Source: a virus
Lineage: Duplodnaviria > Caudoviricetes
Strand: one strand, 5' to 3'
Virus record (IMG/VR): IMGVR_UViG_3300043177_000122
Coordinates: 224,001-288,000 of that record
DNA length: 64,000 nt
Shown here piece after piece: positions 17,978 through 27,542 of the stretch (positions within the stretch are counted from its first letter, which is position 1; the number at the start of each line of letters is the position of its first letter). Below the pieces are notes generated by a model. It had not been told where the DNA came from. It saw only the letters and a list, made by a program, of their open reading frames with translations, and made no database searches. The translations under genes were made by a program, and so were the position numbers.

Positions 17978-18712
17978 TTGTTGGCGTTGTTTTCTACTGG
18001 ATTCATATTTATTATAGCATTCTTTACAATACGTATCTAATCCTGATGTAGTTTTCTTATTTGGTTTAAATAGGGTTCCATTTTTGATTTGATGACAAAT
18101 ACCACACTCTTTGGTGTTTGCTTCAGAATCATAAAATAGATCTTTTCTTACAGGAGCTTTGGGTCTTGTTTTGTAATGTTTATTATCTTCAGATAAAGAC
18201 TTTTTTCGATGACATATCGAACACAGCACCTGACATTTTTTCAATTCTTCTAGCAAGATACTAAGTTTACGATTTTTTAGCCTACATATATCATATAATT
18301 TTGTTTGCGGATCAATATGATCAGCTTGCATATTGAATAAATCATATTGCTTACCACATATAGCACAAGGTTTATTTTTAAACTCATTAATTATATTGAT
18401 ATTACGCCGTTGATTTGGTTCATACTTACGTTTATCTCCTAGTTTTTCCGTAATACGAATATGTGTTCTTTTTTGATGACATAAAATACAAACCAGATCA
18501 CATTTAGCAATCTCTTCTATAATTTTTGCCTTAGGAGAATTAGTTATTACCATTGCACTTACATTCTTGATTTTATCGCCACGACTAACTATATGATCAT
18601 AATCCATACAGTATGACTCATAAATTTGACCACAATCAGTGCATGGTTTATTAGATTTTAACTCTTGAAACCATTTAATACGCGCATCGCGCCATTCTTT
18701 TTTAAATGCCAT
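17963..18712 (-). CDS. Tandem HNH/Zn-finger endonuclease-like protein
   Basis: Two copies of KPCxxCG...DH...KC..(V/L)CxxCH plus a C-terminal CxxC...CKEC finger. Confidence 0.75.
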   Translation of the reverse strand: MAFKKEWRDARIKWFQELKSNKPCTDCGQIYESYCMDYDHIVSRGDKIKNVSAMVITNSPKAKIIEEIAKCDLVCILCHQKRTHIRITEKLGDKRKYEPNQRRNINIINEFKNKPCAICGKQYDLFNMQADHIDPQTKLYDICRLKNRKLSILLEELKKCQVLCSICHRKKSLSEDNKHYKTRPKAPVRKDLFYDSEANTKECGICHQIKNGTLFKPNKKTTSGLDTYCKECYNKYESSRKQRQQSIGV

Positions 18713-18771
18713 GCATAAAATATATCGCGCATCCGCAACTCATTCTCTTTCTCCAAATGAAAACATTAATG

Positions 18772-18785
18772 TAATAATTCTACAT
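18772..18785 (+). promoter_or_regulatory. Candidate late-promoter motif (TAAT-AATTCT-ACAT)
   Basis: Intergenic motif match upstream of 18804. Confidence 0.5.
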
Positions 18786-18803
18786 AGTAGTAGAGGTATT
18801 TCA

Positions 18804-19136
18804 ATGGCTTTTCCTTATGACCGCACTAATAATCCAAGAGGCCCAATTCAATACGGTAAAGACTTCAATTTCTACAGGAAATTGACTGTTGCCAACAGTA
18901 ATTTCAATACAGATGCTGATGTTTGGATTACTTTTCCAACATACACGGTAAATTTCTCGCTTGAGAGCACTGGTGTAGTTCAATATTCTTTCAATGGAAC
19001 GGATATTCATGGAGAAATGGACTCTACCAAATCTAGCAAAGATTTAAGCTTTGTAAATAGATCAGTTTGTAAAATTTGGTTCAAATTAATTTCGGGAGCC
19101 GGAACCGTTCGTATTGAAGCTTGGGGAACCCGCTAA
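18804..19136 (+). CDS. Small beta-rich hypothetical (likely virion) protein
   Basis: Start reassigned to ATG 18804 (GAGGT RBS). Confidence 0.6.
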   Translation: MAFPYDRTNNPRGPIQYGKDFNFYRKLTVANSNFNTDADVWITFPTYTVNFSLESTGVVQYSFNGTDIHGEMDSTKSSKDLSFVNRSVCKIWFKLISGAGTVRIEAWGTR

Positions 19137-19154
19137 TCTGATATAAGTAAGTGC

Positions 19155-19481
19155 ATGAGTAAGCTGATTAAAAATAAATGCGAAATAGAATCATGTAATG
19201 TCACGGATCCTAAGCTACTAGAACTGCATCACATTATAGAAAGAACAGAGATTAACACGACCAATCATGATTTTAACCTAGCAATTCTATGCGCTAATTG
19301 TCACGCTATGACGCATACAGGTCGCCTTAAAATTATCGGCATCTATCCCTCTACATTGCCTCCAAACGGAAGAACTCTTATCTACGAATTGGATGGAAAG
19401 CAAAACATCGAGGGTATCGATAAACCTTATATAGAGTTTAAAAACAAGTCTTTCAAAATCGGGAGAAAGTTACATGAGTAA
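19155..19481 (+). CDS. HNH endonuclease-like protein
   Basis: CEIESC...LELHHI...NLAILCANCHAMTH. Confidence 0.75.
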   Translation: MSKLIKNKCEIESCNVTDPKLLELHHIIERTEINTTNHDFNLAILCANCHAMTHTGRLKIIGIYPSTLPPNGRTLIYELDGKQNIEGIDKPYIEFKNKSFKIGRKLHE

Positions 19482-19833
19482 GTTAATTGGTTCATCTGGT
19501 TTTCATATGGATAGCACAAATCCAGATGATGTCAGCAATAAAGTCACTGATGAGAAAGAAACTCGTAGAAAATTTTTAACAGTTTCTAGGTGGGCTGGGC
19601 GAGAGCGAGATATGTTAATACTCTTTGCAAAATTTGACAAGCTTCAAAAAGGGACTAATGATCCGGAGAAACAAAAGGATATTGCTAAGGTTGGAGCAAT
19701 AGAAGTGTACAAACTATTGGGCGAATGTTTTGCTTCTTTGAAGTCAAGCGGCGCTCTTGCTATTCCAGGTTTGGACTCTCATATGGGAGAACTTTGGGTG
19801 GATGGTGAGTTAGTATATAAGGATAAGAAATGA
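19474..19833 (+). CDS. Hypothetical protein
   Basis: 119 aa ORF overlapping both neighbours. Confidence 0.6.
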   Translation: MSKLIGSSGFHMDSTNPDDVSNKVTDEKETRRKFLTVSRWAGRERDMLILFAKFDKLQKGTNDPEKQKDIAKVGAIEVYKLLGECFASLKSSGALAIPGLDSHMGELWVDGELVYKDKK

Positions 19834-20063
19834 CCGACGAAAAGTTTTATGGTGAAGTATTATGGTTCGATCCTAAAAGAGGATTTGGATTTATTGGCTG
19901 GGAAAAAGAAGGCGTTAAACAAAAAGACATGTTTGTACACTTCTCTGACGTTGCCTGTGAAGGTTTCAAAACACTCTACAAACATCAGAAGGTATCTTTT
20001 GGAATTGGCGCTAATAAACATGGCACACCAAAAGCTATTAATGTAGAAGTGATGAAGAACTAA
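19830..20063 (+). CDS. Cold-shock domain protein
   Basis: GEVLWFDPKRGFGFI (RNP1) and DMFVHFS (RNP2). Confidence 0.9.
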   Translation: MTDEKFYGEVLWFDPKRGFGFIGWEKEGVKQKDMFVHFSDVACEGFKTLYKHQKVSFGIGANKHGTPKAINVEVMKN

Positions 20064-20064
20064 T

Positions 20065-20373
20065 TTACTTCTTGATGAAAATTTGAATAATCTGAGCAAC
20101 TAAAGCTAGTAGCCCAGTGACGAATAGCACTTGAATTTTAAAAAGATCTTTGGATGCTTCTTCGGATTTCTCTAAGATTTTATTAAGCTTTTCTTCGATT
20201 TGTTCTTGGGATCTTTGGTTATCATTAAGTAGACTAATAATCTCTTCATTTTGATCAGCAACAGCAGTTTCAATCTCAACAACTTTTCTGTTTACTTCTA
20301 AAATGATCTGTAGATCCCTCTTGTTTATTTGACTAGTAAGAGGTACTGTTTTGTCCTTGTCTCTATCAGGCAT
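20065..20373 (-). CDS. Coiled-coil protein with a single C-terminal TM helix (holin-like candidate)
   Basis: Heptad-rich N-terminus then IQVLFVTGLLALVAQIIQIFIKK. Confidence 0.5.
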   Translation of the reverse strand: MPDRDKDKTVPLTSQINKRDLQIILEVNRKVVEIETAVADQNEEIISLLNDNQRSQEQIEEKLNKILEKSEEASKDLFKIQVLFVTGLLALVAQIIQIFIKK

Positions 20374-20555
20374 TATTCCCCAGATTTTTGAGTTTTGTTA
20401 CGCTTCTTCCTCTTCCGAAATTTGCTCATAACTTCATCTTGTTTGTCACTGAGTTTTTTATACTCTTCTACAATAACTGGCTCAATATCCGCTTCAATTG
20501 TTGGATCAGTATCTATAATTTGATTAATGACTATAGCAAGTTGTTTGCGTGACAT
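20373..20555 (-). CDS. Hypothetical protein
   Basis: 60 aa; TAATG-coupled within the minus-strand operon. Confidence 0.55.
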   Translation of the reverse strand: MSRKQLAIVINQIIDTDPTIEADIEPVIVEEYKKLSDKQDEVMSKFRKRKKRNKTQKSGE

Positions 20556-20557
20556 GA

Positions 20558-20986
20558 TTATACCTTTTTAGGTGGATTAATGACGCTTCTTTGAAGATCA
20601 ATTTCAACAAGATCGGCATTTTCTTTTGCAAAAAGTTCATCTTGCTTCTTTTGGTCTTCATCAGAAACTTTTAACTCGTCATATTCTTGTTCCTCGATTT
20701 GAAAGAGTGAACGAGTTCTGTCTGGGATAATAGTGCCATATACAACTGGTACCTTATTTTTCTCCGGATCAGGAGGTGGTACATGTCTTACTATAATTCT
20801 ATCTCTTTTTTTAAATAAAGAGCCAGATTCTTTAGATTTTAATAGTTCTTCTAATGTATATTTGTAGTGTCTTTTATCCAATAGATTAACAGTGGAGAAT
20901 GCTTTAATATTCAAAGCCAAATCTGCCAATGTTACATTCATTGGTGATACATTAGTGACCCAAAAGGTTTGTTCTTTGGTTTTCAT
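20558..20986 (-). CDS. Hypothetical protein
   Basis: 142 aa; first gene of the minus-strand operon. Confidence 0.65.
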   Translation of the reverse strand: MKTKEQTFWVTNVSPMNVTLADLALNIKAFSTVNLLDKRHYKYTLEELLKSKESGSLFKKRDRIIVRHVPPPDPEKNKVPVVYGTIIPDRTRSLFQIEEQEYDELKVSDEDQKKQDELFAKENADLVEIDLQRSVINPPKKV

Positions 20987-20999
20987 GGTTTACCCTTTA

Positions 21000-21013
21000 A
21001 TGCTTTCATATTG
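21000..21013 (-). promoter_or_regulatory. Candidate late-promoter motif on the minus strand (CAAT-ATGAAA-GCAT)
   Basis: Motif is inverted exactly where the downstream operon is on the minus strand. Confidence 0.5.
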
Positions 21014-21075
21014 ATAAATTGGACTCATACTACTATTTGAGTATTTATATAGCGTTAGCAAATTAGGGAGAAAAT

Positions 21076-21531
21076 ATGAGTAAAACCAATGTTTGGGAGA
21101 GCGACCTGTTAAAGCTTGTATTTAACAATACTACTGCGTCTTTAATTGGTGACGCTACTGGATTGGTTGGATCAAGCACTACTGGTGTTCTTTACGTAAG
21201 TTTACATACTGCCGATCCTACAGAAGGTGGCAGTCAAACTAGCTCTGAGGCAACTTATACTGGATATGCCAGAGTTGCAGTTGCGCGTACAACAGGAGGA
21301 TGGACAGTTGTTGAAGTAGATTCTGGACCATCCACAGTAACCAATGCAGCACAAGTAAATTTTCCACAATGTACTGCTGGTTCTAGCACTATTACACATG
21401 TGGGCGTAGGTACAAACTCAACAGGTGCCGGTAAATTGTTATACAAAGGAGCTTTAGCATCTTCTTTGGCTGTATCTCAAAATATCACTCCAAGTTTTGC
21501 GGTAGGTACTTTGGTAATTACCGAACAATAA
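21076..21531 (+). CDS. Virion structural protein heading the fibre cluster
   Basis: GGGAGA RBS; LYVSLHTADPTE...YARVAV...FPQCT is typical of phage tail/head accessory proteins. Confidence 0.6.
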   Translation: MSKTNVWESDLLKLVFNNTTASLIGDATGLVGSSTTGVLYVSLHTADPTEGGSQTSSEATYTGYARVAVARTTGGWTVVEVDSGPSTVTNAAQVNFPQCTAGSSTITHVGVGTNSTGAGKLLYKGALASSLAVSQNITPSFAVGTLVITEQ

Positions 21532-21551
21532 TAAATTAGTGTGGAGATGAG

Positions 21552-23048
21552 ATGGCTGAACAGTTTGCAAATAATGCAGCCTCCACATTAAATGGAGCAA
21601 TTAATAATTCTACAACCACCATTGTCGTAGCTACTGGTGAAGGGTCTCGCTTTCCTTCTGTTGGTAACTTTAGACTAATGATTGGTCTTGATCCATTTAC
21701 TGCGGAAATAGTTTTAGCTACTGCTCGTACTGGTGATACTATAACCGTTACTCGTGGGCAAGAAGGTACCACAGCTCAATCTTGGGGTAATGGAACTTCA
21801 GTTACTCATATATTAACAGCAGGGGCCATCAATGCTATCACGTTTTCGCCAGGTGGTGATCTTGCTGGCACACAAACTTCTCAACAAGTTATTTCTATAA
21901 CTGGAGATTCAGGTACACTTAATATCTCATCAACTGGCGCATCAATTGTTTGGAATGCGTCTGCTAGTGCTCCAACGTTAAGACAAGCTAATCAAACTGC
22001 TAGCTCAACTAATGGCCAACTATTAACGATTCAAGCTCAGAATGCTGTTGGCGGAACCAGCGCAGGCGGCCATATATCTATTACCTCTGGAACAGGAACC
22101 ACTATTCCAGGAGAAGTTAGATTTAATGTTGGCTCTAATCTATCAGGATATTTTGATTCAAATAGAATATTTAGATTTGGAACAAATCCGGCTACAACAG
22201 CATCTGCATTTGCAACTTCTTATCCACTATCATCATCCGATATAGGATTTGGACATAATTCATCTGGTAGTGCTTGGTTTAATATTTTTTCTGGCGGAAC
22301 AACCACTAGGGCTGCCGTTAGCGCCTGGAATACTTCTGGAGGCGCTTCAAATACTGCCGGTATTAGTATTCAAGGGGCAGGCTCATCTCACGCAACTGCC
22401 GGCTATGCTCTAAATGGTATTATTGAGCATAGTGGTTCCTCTAACTCTGCCATAGTTTTTTCTAGTACTGATGGCGCAGGAGAAAACACTCAAATAAAAG
22501 GTAGAATTTGGAGATCTGGGGCCTGGAGTATTGGAGATAGTACTCAAAATGACACCTCTTCAGAAGCTCAAGCCGGACTAACTGGCCCTCTTATCAATTT
22601 GACACAAATTACTGGAGGAACACTTACATCTACTTCTAATCAGTCATTATTGTATAATAATGCCGGTACGACAACCCTGCAAGGCCATGTCGGTCATACA
22701 TTAATTGCAAATACTACTACTATTGCCTCAACTTCAACTAGTAAATTTATTACAAATGTAGGTAGGCGTATTGCTACTAACGTCAAAACAGCAAATTATA
22801 CCGTAACAACTTCTGATGAGGTAATTATTGTTGGAACCTTAACAGGAAGCATTACTATCACTCTCCCTACAAGTCCAACCGCGGGGGACACTTATACAAT
22901 AAAAGATCAGGCAGGAGGCTCAGCCACCAACAATATTATTGTATCAGGTAACGGAAATGATATTGATGGCGCCGGTTCTTATACTATAAATACTAATTAT
23001 GAAAGCATAACTGTAGTGTTTGCTAATGGTTCTTGGAGTATAATCTAA
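21552..23048 (+). CDS. Tail fibre/appendage protein
   Basis: GGAG RBS; N-terminal LNGAIN..TTTIVV...EIV..TARTGDTITVTRGQEGT; shared C-terminal module (KTANYTV...ITLP...WSII). Confidence 0.65.
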   Translation: MAEQFANNAASTLNGAINNSTTTIVVATGEGSRFPSVGNFRLMIGLDPFTAEIVLATARTGDTITVTRGQEGTTAQSWGNGTSVTHILTAGAINAITFSPGGDLAGTQTSQQVISITGDSGTLNISSTGASIVWNASASAPTLRQANQTASSTNGQLLTIQAQNAVGGTSAGGHISITSGTGTTIPGEVRFNVGSNLSGYFDSNRIFRFGTNPATTASAFATSYPLSSSDIGFGHNSSGSAWFNIFSGGTTTRAAVSAWNTSGGASNTAGISIQGAGSSHATAGYALNGIIEHSGSSNSAIVFSSTDGAGENTQIKGRIWRSGAWSIGDSTQNDTSSEAQAGLTGPLINLTQITGGTLTSTSNQSLLYNNAGTTTLQGHVGHTLIANTTTIASTSTSKFITNVGRRIATNVKTANYTVTTSDEVIIVGTLTGSITITLPTSPTAGDTYTIKDQAGGSATNNIIVSGNGNDIDGAGSYTINTNYESITVVFANGSWSII

Positions 23049-25090
23049 TGTCTCACCAATCTTTTCCTAAAGCTGTAGGATCAATAACAGATGGATATGT
23101 TCTAACTTATGTTGGTTCTGATGGATATTGGAAACCTAAAGCTCCGCCAACTGGCGGCTGGCAAACTGTCTACGAAGTAGATTTTTCTGCACTTACAACT
23201 CAATCTTTTGTAGGAAATGGTACTGTTACTATTGATGGCAAATCTTGGACTGTGGAAAATTTCGCAGCCGCAACTTCGTTTGGAATAGTAAATGGTACAG
23301 GATTACAATTTGTATGTAATACTTCTAATACCGATTATAATAATTCCACAAGAAATGGCCTTTTAATTGGAACAAAGATTACTAATTTATATCCACAATT
23401 TTCTCTTACTAATCATAAAGTTAGAGTAACGGGACGTGTAGCATCTTCAAACGCAGATCAGAACTCTGAATTTCTTGTTTTTGGTTTAGAGGATAGCGAT
23501 TCTCCAACTAGCTTGAATTATACTTTATTTAAAGGCTACCAAAACGGTGCTATGTTAGCTCAAAAAGCAACTATAGCGGCATCTTCAAATGCTTTTTTGG
23601 ATACTACTAATACCTCTGATGATGTATTACAAGTCACATTAGATTTGCCAACAAATGCATTCATGAATACTGGCGTTTATTCTTCTGGTTTTCCTACTCA
23701 GGATAATATGAGACCACGTAGAGTTTTCATGCGTTCTGGAGATTTTACTCCCAGCGTTTCCAATTCCCAAGACGTAAATATTGTTATTAGTGCAATCACC
23801 AATAATACTAATGGCAACTTGACTGTTGTAGTTGATAAAGTTAAAGTTGAAATTTTTATTCCTTCAAGCGCCTCTACATTAGTAGTTGGTGGAGATTTAT
23901 CTGGAACGCTACCTAACCCAACTGTAGCTAAAATTCAAGGTAGAAATATTAGTACCACTCCACCTACTGACGGATATGTATTAACTTGGGATAATTTGAA
24001 TAGTCAGTGGAAACCTAAAGAGCCGGTAGGAGCAGTAGACCCTGCTAAGAGTAGTTGGCAGACAGCTTTAGATCTTGATTTAACCGCTCAAGGTACACAA
24101 ACTTTATCTTCGGATACTTCATATTCTATTGGCGGTATTAGTTTTACCAAAATAAATTCTGCCAATGAAGCAACTGCCGCTACATTAGATAGTAATGGGC
24201 TAACCTTTCAACCTAACTCATCTACTGATTATAATGGCGCTACAAGAACTTTACCTAGTGTTTTTGCTTTGTTAAAAAATATAATTCCTAATTTTGATTT
24301 AGGAATGGATGTCAGACTAACTGTTTATAATTCTTCATTAAATAATACAGCAAACTATGATAACTCAGTTATTGCTATTGATACTAATAGTACTACTTTT
24401 GGTGTTGTCTTAAAAAGAGGGCATGGAACAACAGGGCAAGTATTTCAAAGTTTTCTCAATAGATCGGCAACAAACGTTTCAGGATTTATTAGCAGTGGCT
24501 CAGCGCCATCATCAACAAATGATACTATGATTATTGAAATTCCAGCCATAGGATCATTTTCTGGATACAAAACATATGATGGTGACTATAATAATGGATT
24601 CCCTCTTGCTACGGCTTTTAATCCACACAAAAGTTATTTGGTAAGTGCAGGCACTCAAAATACTGATAATTTAACCGTGAACAATTTAGGAATCCTCTTA
24701 GGCGCTCAAAGAGCTGGAAGTGGAACTGCACTAGTTGTTAGATACGCACGACTTAAGGTTGAATATAGAGGAGGCTCTGCAACCGTACCAGATATCACGG
24801 CTGTTAGTTGGTTGTCAACTAAAACATCTAACTATACTGTCACAGATTTAGATACATATATTCCGGTAGATACAACTAGTAATGCAGTTACTATTACATT
24901 ACCAGCATCACCTAAAAATGGCCAACGTTATGTTATTGCAGACGTTGGAGGTGTTACTGCTACTAACAATATTATAGTTGATGGAAATGGTCATAATATA
25001 GTAGGATTATCTACTTATATAATAACTGGTCCTTATAATGTTTTAGAGGTTGCATATCATACTGGAAAAGCAATTTGGGTGGTCATATGA
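23048..25090 (+). CDS. Tail fibre protein with two tandem lectin-like domains (putative)
   Basis: Duplicated TDGYVLT...WKPK...WQT units, a GGDLSGTLPNPTV repeat and the shared C-terminal module; start at the TAATG overlap. Confidence 0.65.
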   Translation: MSHQSFPKAVGSITDGYVLTYVGSDGYWKPKAPPTGGWQTVYEVDFSALTTQSFVGNGTVTIDGKSWTVENFAAATSFGIVNGTGLQFVCNTSNTDYNNSTRNGLLIGTKITNLYPQFSLTNHKVRVTGRVASSNADQNSEFLVFGLEDSDSPTSLNYTLFKGYQNGAMLAQKATIAASSNAFLDTTNTSDDVLQVTLDLPTNAFMNTGVYSSGFPTQDNMRPRRVFMRSGDFTPSVSNSQDVNIVISAITNNTNGNLTVVVDKVKVEIFIPSSASTLVVGGDLSGTLPNPTVAKIQGRNISTTPPTDGYVLTWDNLNSQWKPKEPVGAVDPAKSSWQTALDLDLTAQGTQTLSSDTSYSIGGISFTKINSANEATAATLDSNGLTFQPNSSTDYNGATRTLPSVFALLKNIIPNFDLGMDVRLTVYNSSLNNTANYDNSVIAIDTNSTTFGVVLKRGHGTTGQVFQSFLNRSATNVSGFISSGSAPSSTNDTMIIEIPAIGSFSGYKTYDGDYNNGFPLATAFNPHKSYLVSAGTQNTDNLTVNNLGILLGAQRAGSGTALVVRYARLKVEYRGGSATVPDITAVSWLSTKTSNYTVTDLDTYIPVDTTSNAVTITLPASPKNGQRYVIADVGGVTATNNIIVDGNGHNIVGLSTYIITGPYNVLEVAYHTGKAIWVVI

Positions 25091-25860
25091 GTTATCTTAC
25101 AGATTCAATACGTAGAGGAACTTTTGCTAATAGGCCATCTAATGCGCCGGATGGCACAGTTTACGTATGTACAGACGGCCCTCTCCAATTTGTTAGAAAA
25201 AATGGTACATGGAATCCTTATTTGGGGTCGACCCCACTTAAAACTCCACCAGCAGCAAATACTTGGTCTTTGATTAATGCAACTTCCGGATCTGATTTTT
25301 CAGACTATAGAGGCGGATTATTGTTTAATGGATCATACGCTGCCGGAGTTATGCATGTAGCTAAGGTAACAGCACCAGCAACTCCATATTCAATAACTGC
25401 CCATTATATACCTCTTTGGACCGGTGTAGATAATGCGGCGACCTTTAATTTCGCAACTACTGGTATTTGTTGGAGACAAACATCAAATGGTAACTTACAT
25501 GTTTTTGGGCCAACATATGCTACTACTGTTTCTGGTATTTACACTCATTGTTATCGTTTGCTTTCAGCTAGTGGAGCCGGATCTACAGATATTACTTATA
25601 CAAACAGTACAGACTCATTAAATTTTTCAGCAATTTTACACAATCTTTCATCGCATGGCATTTGGATAAGAGGCACAGATGATGGCACTAATAGATCAAT
25701 TTGGTATTCAAGTGATGGTAATAATTTCCAGAGAATTCACTCTGTCACCCGCACTACCTCAATAACACCAAACGAAGTTGGAATTTATACTGGAAATTTT
25801 GCAACATCTGGACAGACAGTAAATTCATCAGCTTTTTTCACTAGCATAGAGATAGCCTAA
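25087..25860 (+). CDS. Fibre-associated beta-sandwich protein
   Basis: ATGA overlap; N-terminal GTFANRPS motif; beta-rich. Confidence 0.55.
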   Translation: MSYLTDSIRRGTFANRPSNAPDGTVYVCTDGPLQFVRKNGTWNPYLGSTPLKTPPAANTWSLINATSGSDFSDYRGGLLFNGSYAAGVMHVAKVTAPATPYSITAHYIPLWTGVDNAATFNFATTGICWRQTSNGNLHVFGPTYATTVSGIYTHCYRLLSASGAGSTDITYTNSTDSLNFSAILHNLSSHGIWIRGTDDGTNRSIWYSSDGNNFQRIHSVTRTTSITPNEVGIYTGNFATSGQTVNSSAFFTSIEIA

Positions 25861-27137
25861 TGTCGTTTGTTGGTCAACTAGGTTTACCAGAGAGTCGACC
25901 AGGTAATATTGAATTAGGTGTCGTATCCTCTGTATCACAGATTAGTGCAACTATTAATTGCGTATCTGCGGTTACAGCGTCTTTATTAGGGGCTGGTACC
26001 ATGGCCGCTCAATCAGATGGTATAGCAGCTATTATTGCGCCTATTATCGGATATATTCCTGCTAGTTCTATAATTGATGGAGCATCAACTGTTTCTGGTG
26101 CTATTTTAGGTACAGCTCCAATTTCTAGTTCAATAAATGGTGAGTCAACCTTTTCTTCTAATATTGTTGCTAGTGGTTTATTATCTTCTACAATAGATGG
26201 CTTATCTACTTATACAGCCGCCATTGCTGGTCTTGTTTTAATATCAAGCTCTATTGATAGTACATCTACTTTTAATGGAACATTGGTAGCTAGTGGGTCA
26301 CTAACTAGTACTATTATTGGAATTGCTAATTTGACGGCTTCCATTTTAGCGGCCGGCGATTTATCATCTTCACAAATTGATGGCGTATCGAACATAAATG
26401 CCAATGTAAATGGTATTGGCGAAATTTTTTCTACCACCAATAGTATTTCAACTGTTTCTGGCTCAATAGTTGCAACTGGCAATTTGCAGTCTACATCAAG
26501 TGGTATATCGACCATAACTGCTGCTATTTTAGCGGCAGGCGATTTATCATCAGCACAAATTAATGGCGTAGCAAATATAATTGCCCCTATAAATGGAATT
26601 GCATCAGCATCATCATCTATTTCTGGAGATTCGGCATTAATATCTAGTGTGGTGGGGTTGGCACCAATAATTTCAAATATCAATGGTACGTCTACAATCA
26701 ATGCATTGCTGGCAGGATTTGCACCAATATCTGCTCAAATTGATGGTACATCTAACTTTACTGCTGGATATCTGTATGGCGCTGCACTAGTTACAGGAAC
26801 ATCTACAGTATTTGCTAGATTAGTTAATTTCTTACAGGACAAAACAATACTTGATCCTATTGATTTAACAAAAAGTAATGAACATCAAAATCCATTTTGT
26901 CCACCAGTAACAGTTACTTTATGTCCGACTCAGCCATTTCCATTAGTAAAAGAAATACCACTACCATCTCTTCCACAAGAACCAGAAGAGCCTACCATAC
27001 TCATTCCGTCACCTCTGGTTGATTCGAATGTTCCAGCGACAGCAGCAACAATACAAGCTTTTCCTTTGGTCAAAGTAAAGCCGCTGCCGCCATCCCCCAG
27101 CACCAGAAGATGTTCCTATAGTAAGTTCCGGCATTAA
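25860..27137 (+). CDS. Ser/Ile/Ala/Gly-rich repeat protein with Pro-rich tail
   Basis: Quasi-periodic I.G.S...A...G repeats; internal duplication 26343/26526. Confidence 0.6.
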   Translation: MSFVGQLGLPESRPGNIELGVVSSVSQISATINCVSAVTASLLGAGTMAAQSDGIAAIIAPIIGYIPASSIIDGASTVSGAILGTAPISSSINGESTFSSNIVASGLLSSTIDGLSTYTAAIAGLVLISSSIDSTSTFNGTLVASGSLTSTIIGIANLTASILAAGDLSSSQIDGVSNINANVNGIGEIFSTTNSISTVSGSIVATGNLQSTSSGISTITAAILAAGDLSSAQINGVANIIAPINGIASASSSISGDSALISSVVGLAPIISNINGTSTINALLAGFAPISAQIDGTSNFTAGYLYGAALVTGTSTVFARLVNFLQDKTILDPIDLTKSNEHQNPFCPPVTVTLCPTQPFPLVKEIPLPSLPQEPEEPTILIPSPLVDSNVPATAATIQAFPLVKVKPLPPSPSTRRCSYSKFRH

Positions 27138-27173
27138 ACTTCTGCATTAAATTGTATAGGATTAAGGAATACT

Positions 27174-27542
27174 ATGTCAACTCTACTCTATTATTTCCCA
27201 GGACAAAAAGCTACTATTTTCCTTGAGACCAAGGATGGTTATGGTCAGCGTGGAGATAACAATACATCATTTGATGGATATTTAACTCCTGTTATTACAA
27301 GAGTAATATTCCCCGACTTATCTTTGGCAGCCGGTTTCCCACAACCTATGATTAAATTAGATACTGGTCTTTATTTCTTCCAATTTACTGTTCCAGTAGG
27401 CGGTAAATCAGTTGGTAGTTTCTTGATAGATGTAACATATAATAATCCTGGTAATCCTCTTGATTTGACACAAACATATCAATTGGTGGTAACTGCTCCA
27501 TTTGGTAATTATGGAGTTACAACCTTTGGGAGCGCAACGTGA
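27174..27542 (+). CDS. Hypothetical virion protein (Ig-like candidate)
   Basis: AAGGA RBS; beta-rich 122 aa; resembles the N-terminus of the next gene. Confidence 0.55.
   Translation: MSTLLYYFPGQKATIFLETKDGYGQRGDNNTSFDGYLTPVITRVIFPDLSLAAGFPQPMIKLDTGLYFFQFTVPVGGKSVGSFLIDVTYNNPGNPLDLTQTYQLVVTAPFGNYGVTTFGSAT

Noticed and set aside
5195-21075. tRNA genes or a CRISPR array in intergenic gaps
   Set aside because: Gaps are short (under about 150 nt); I saw no cloverleaf with T-loop consensus and no regularly spaced repeats.
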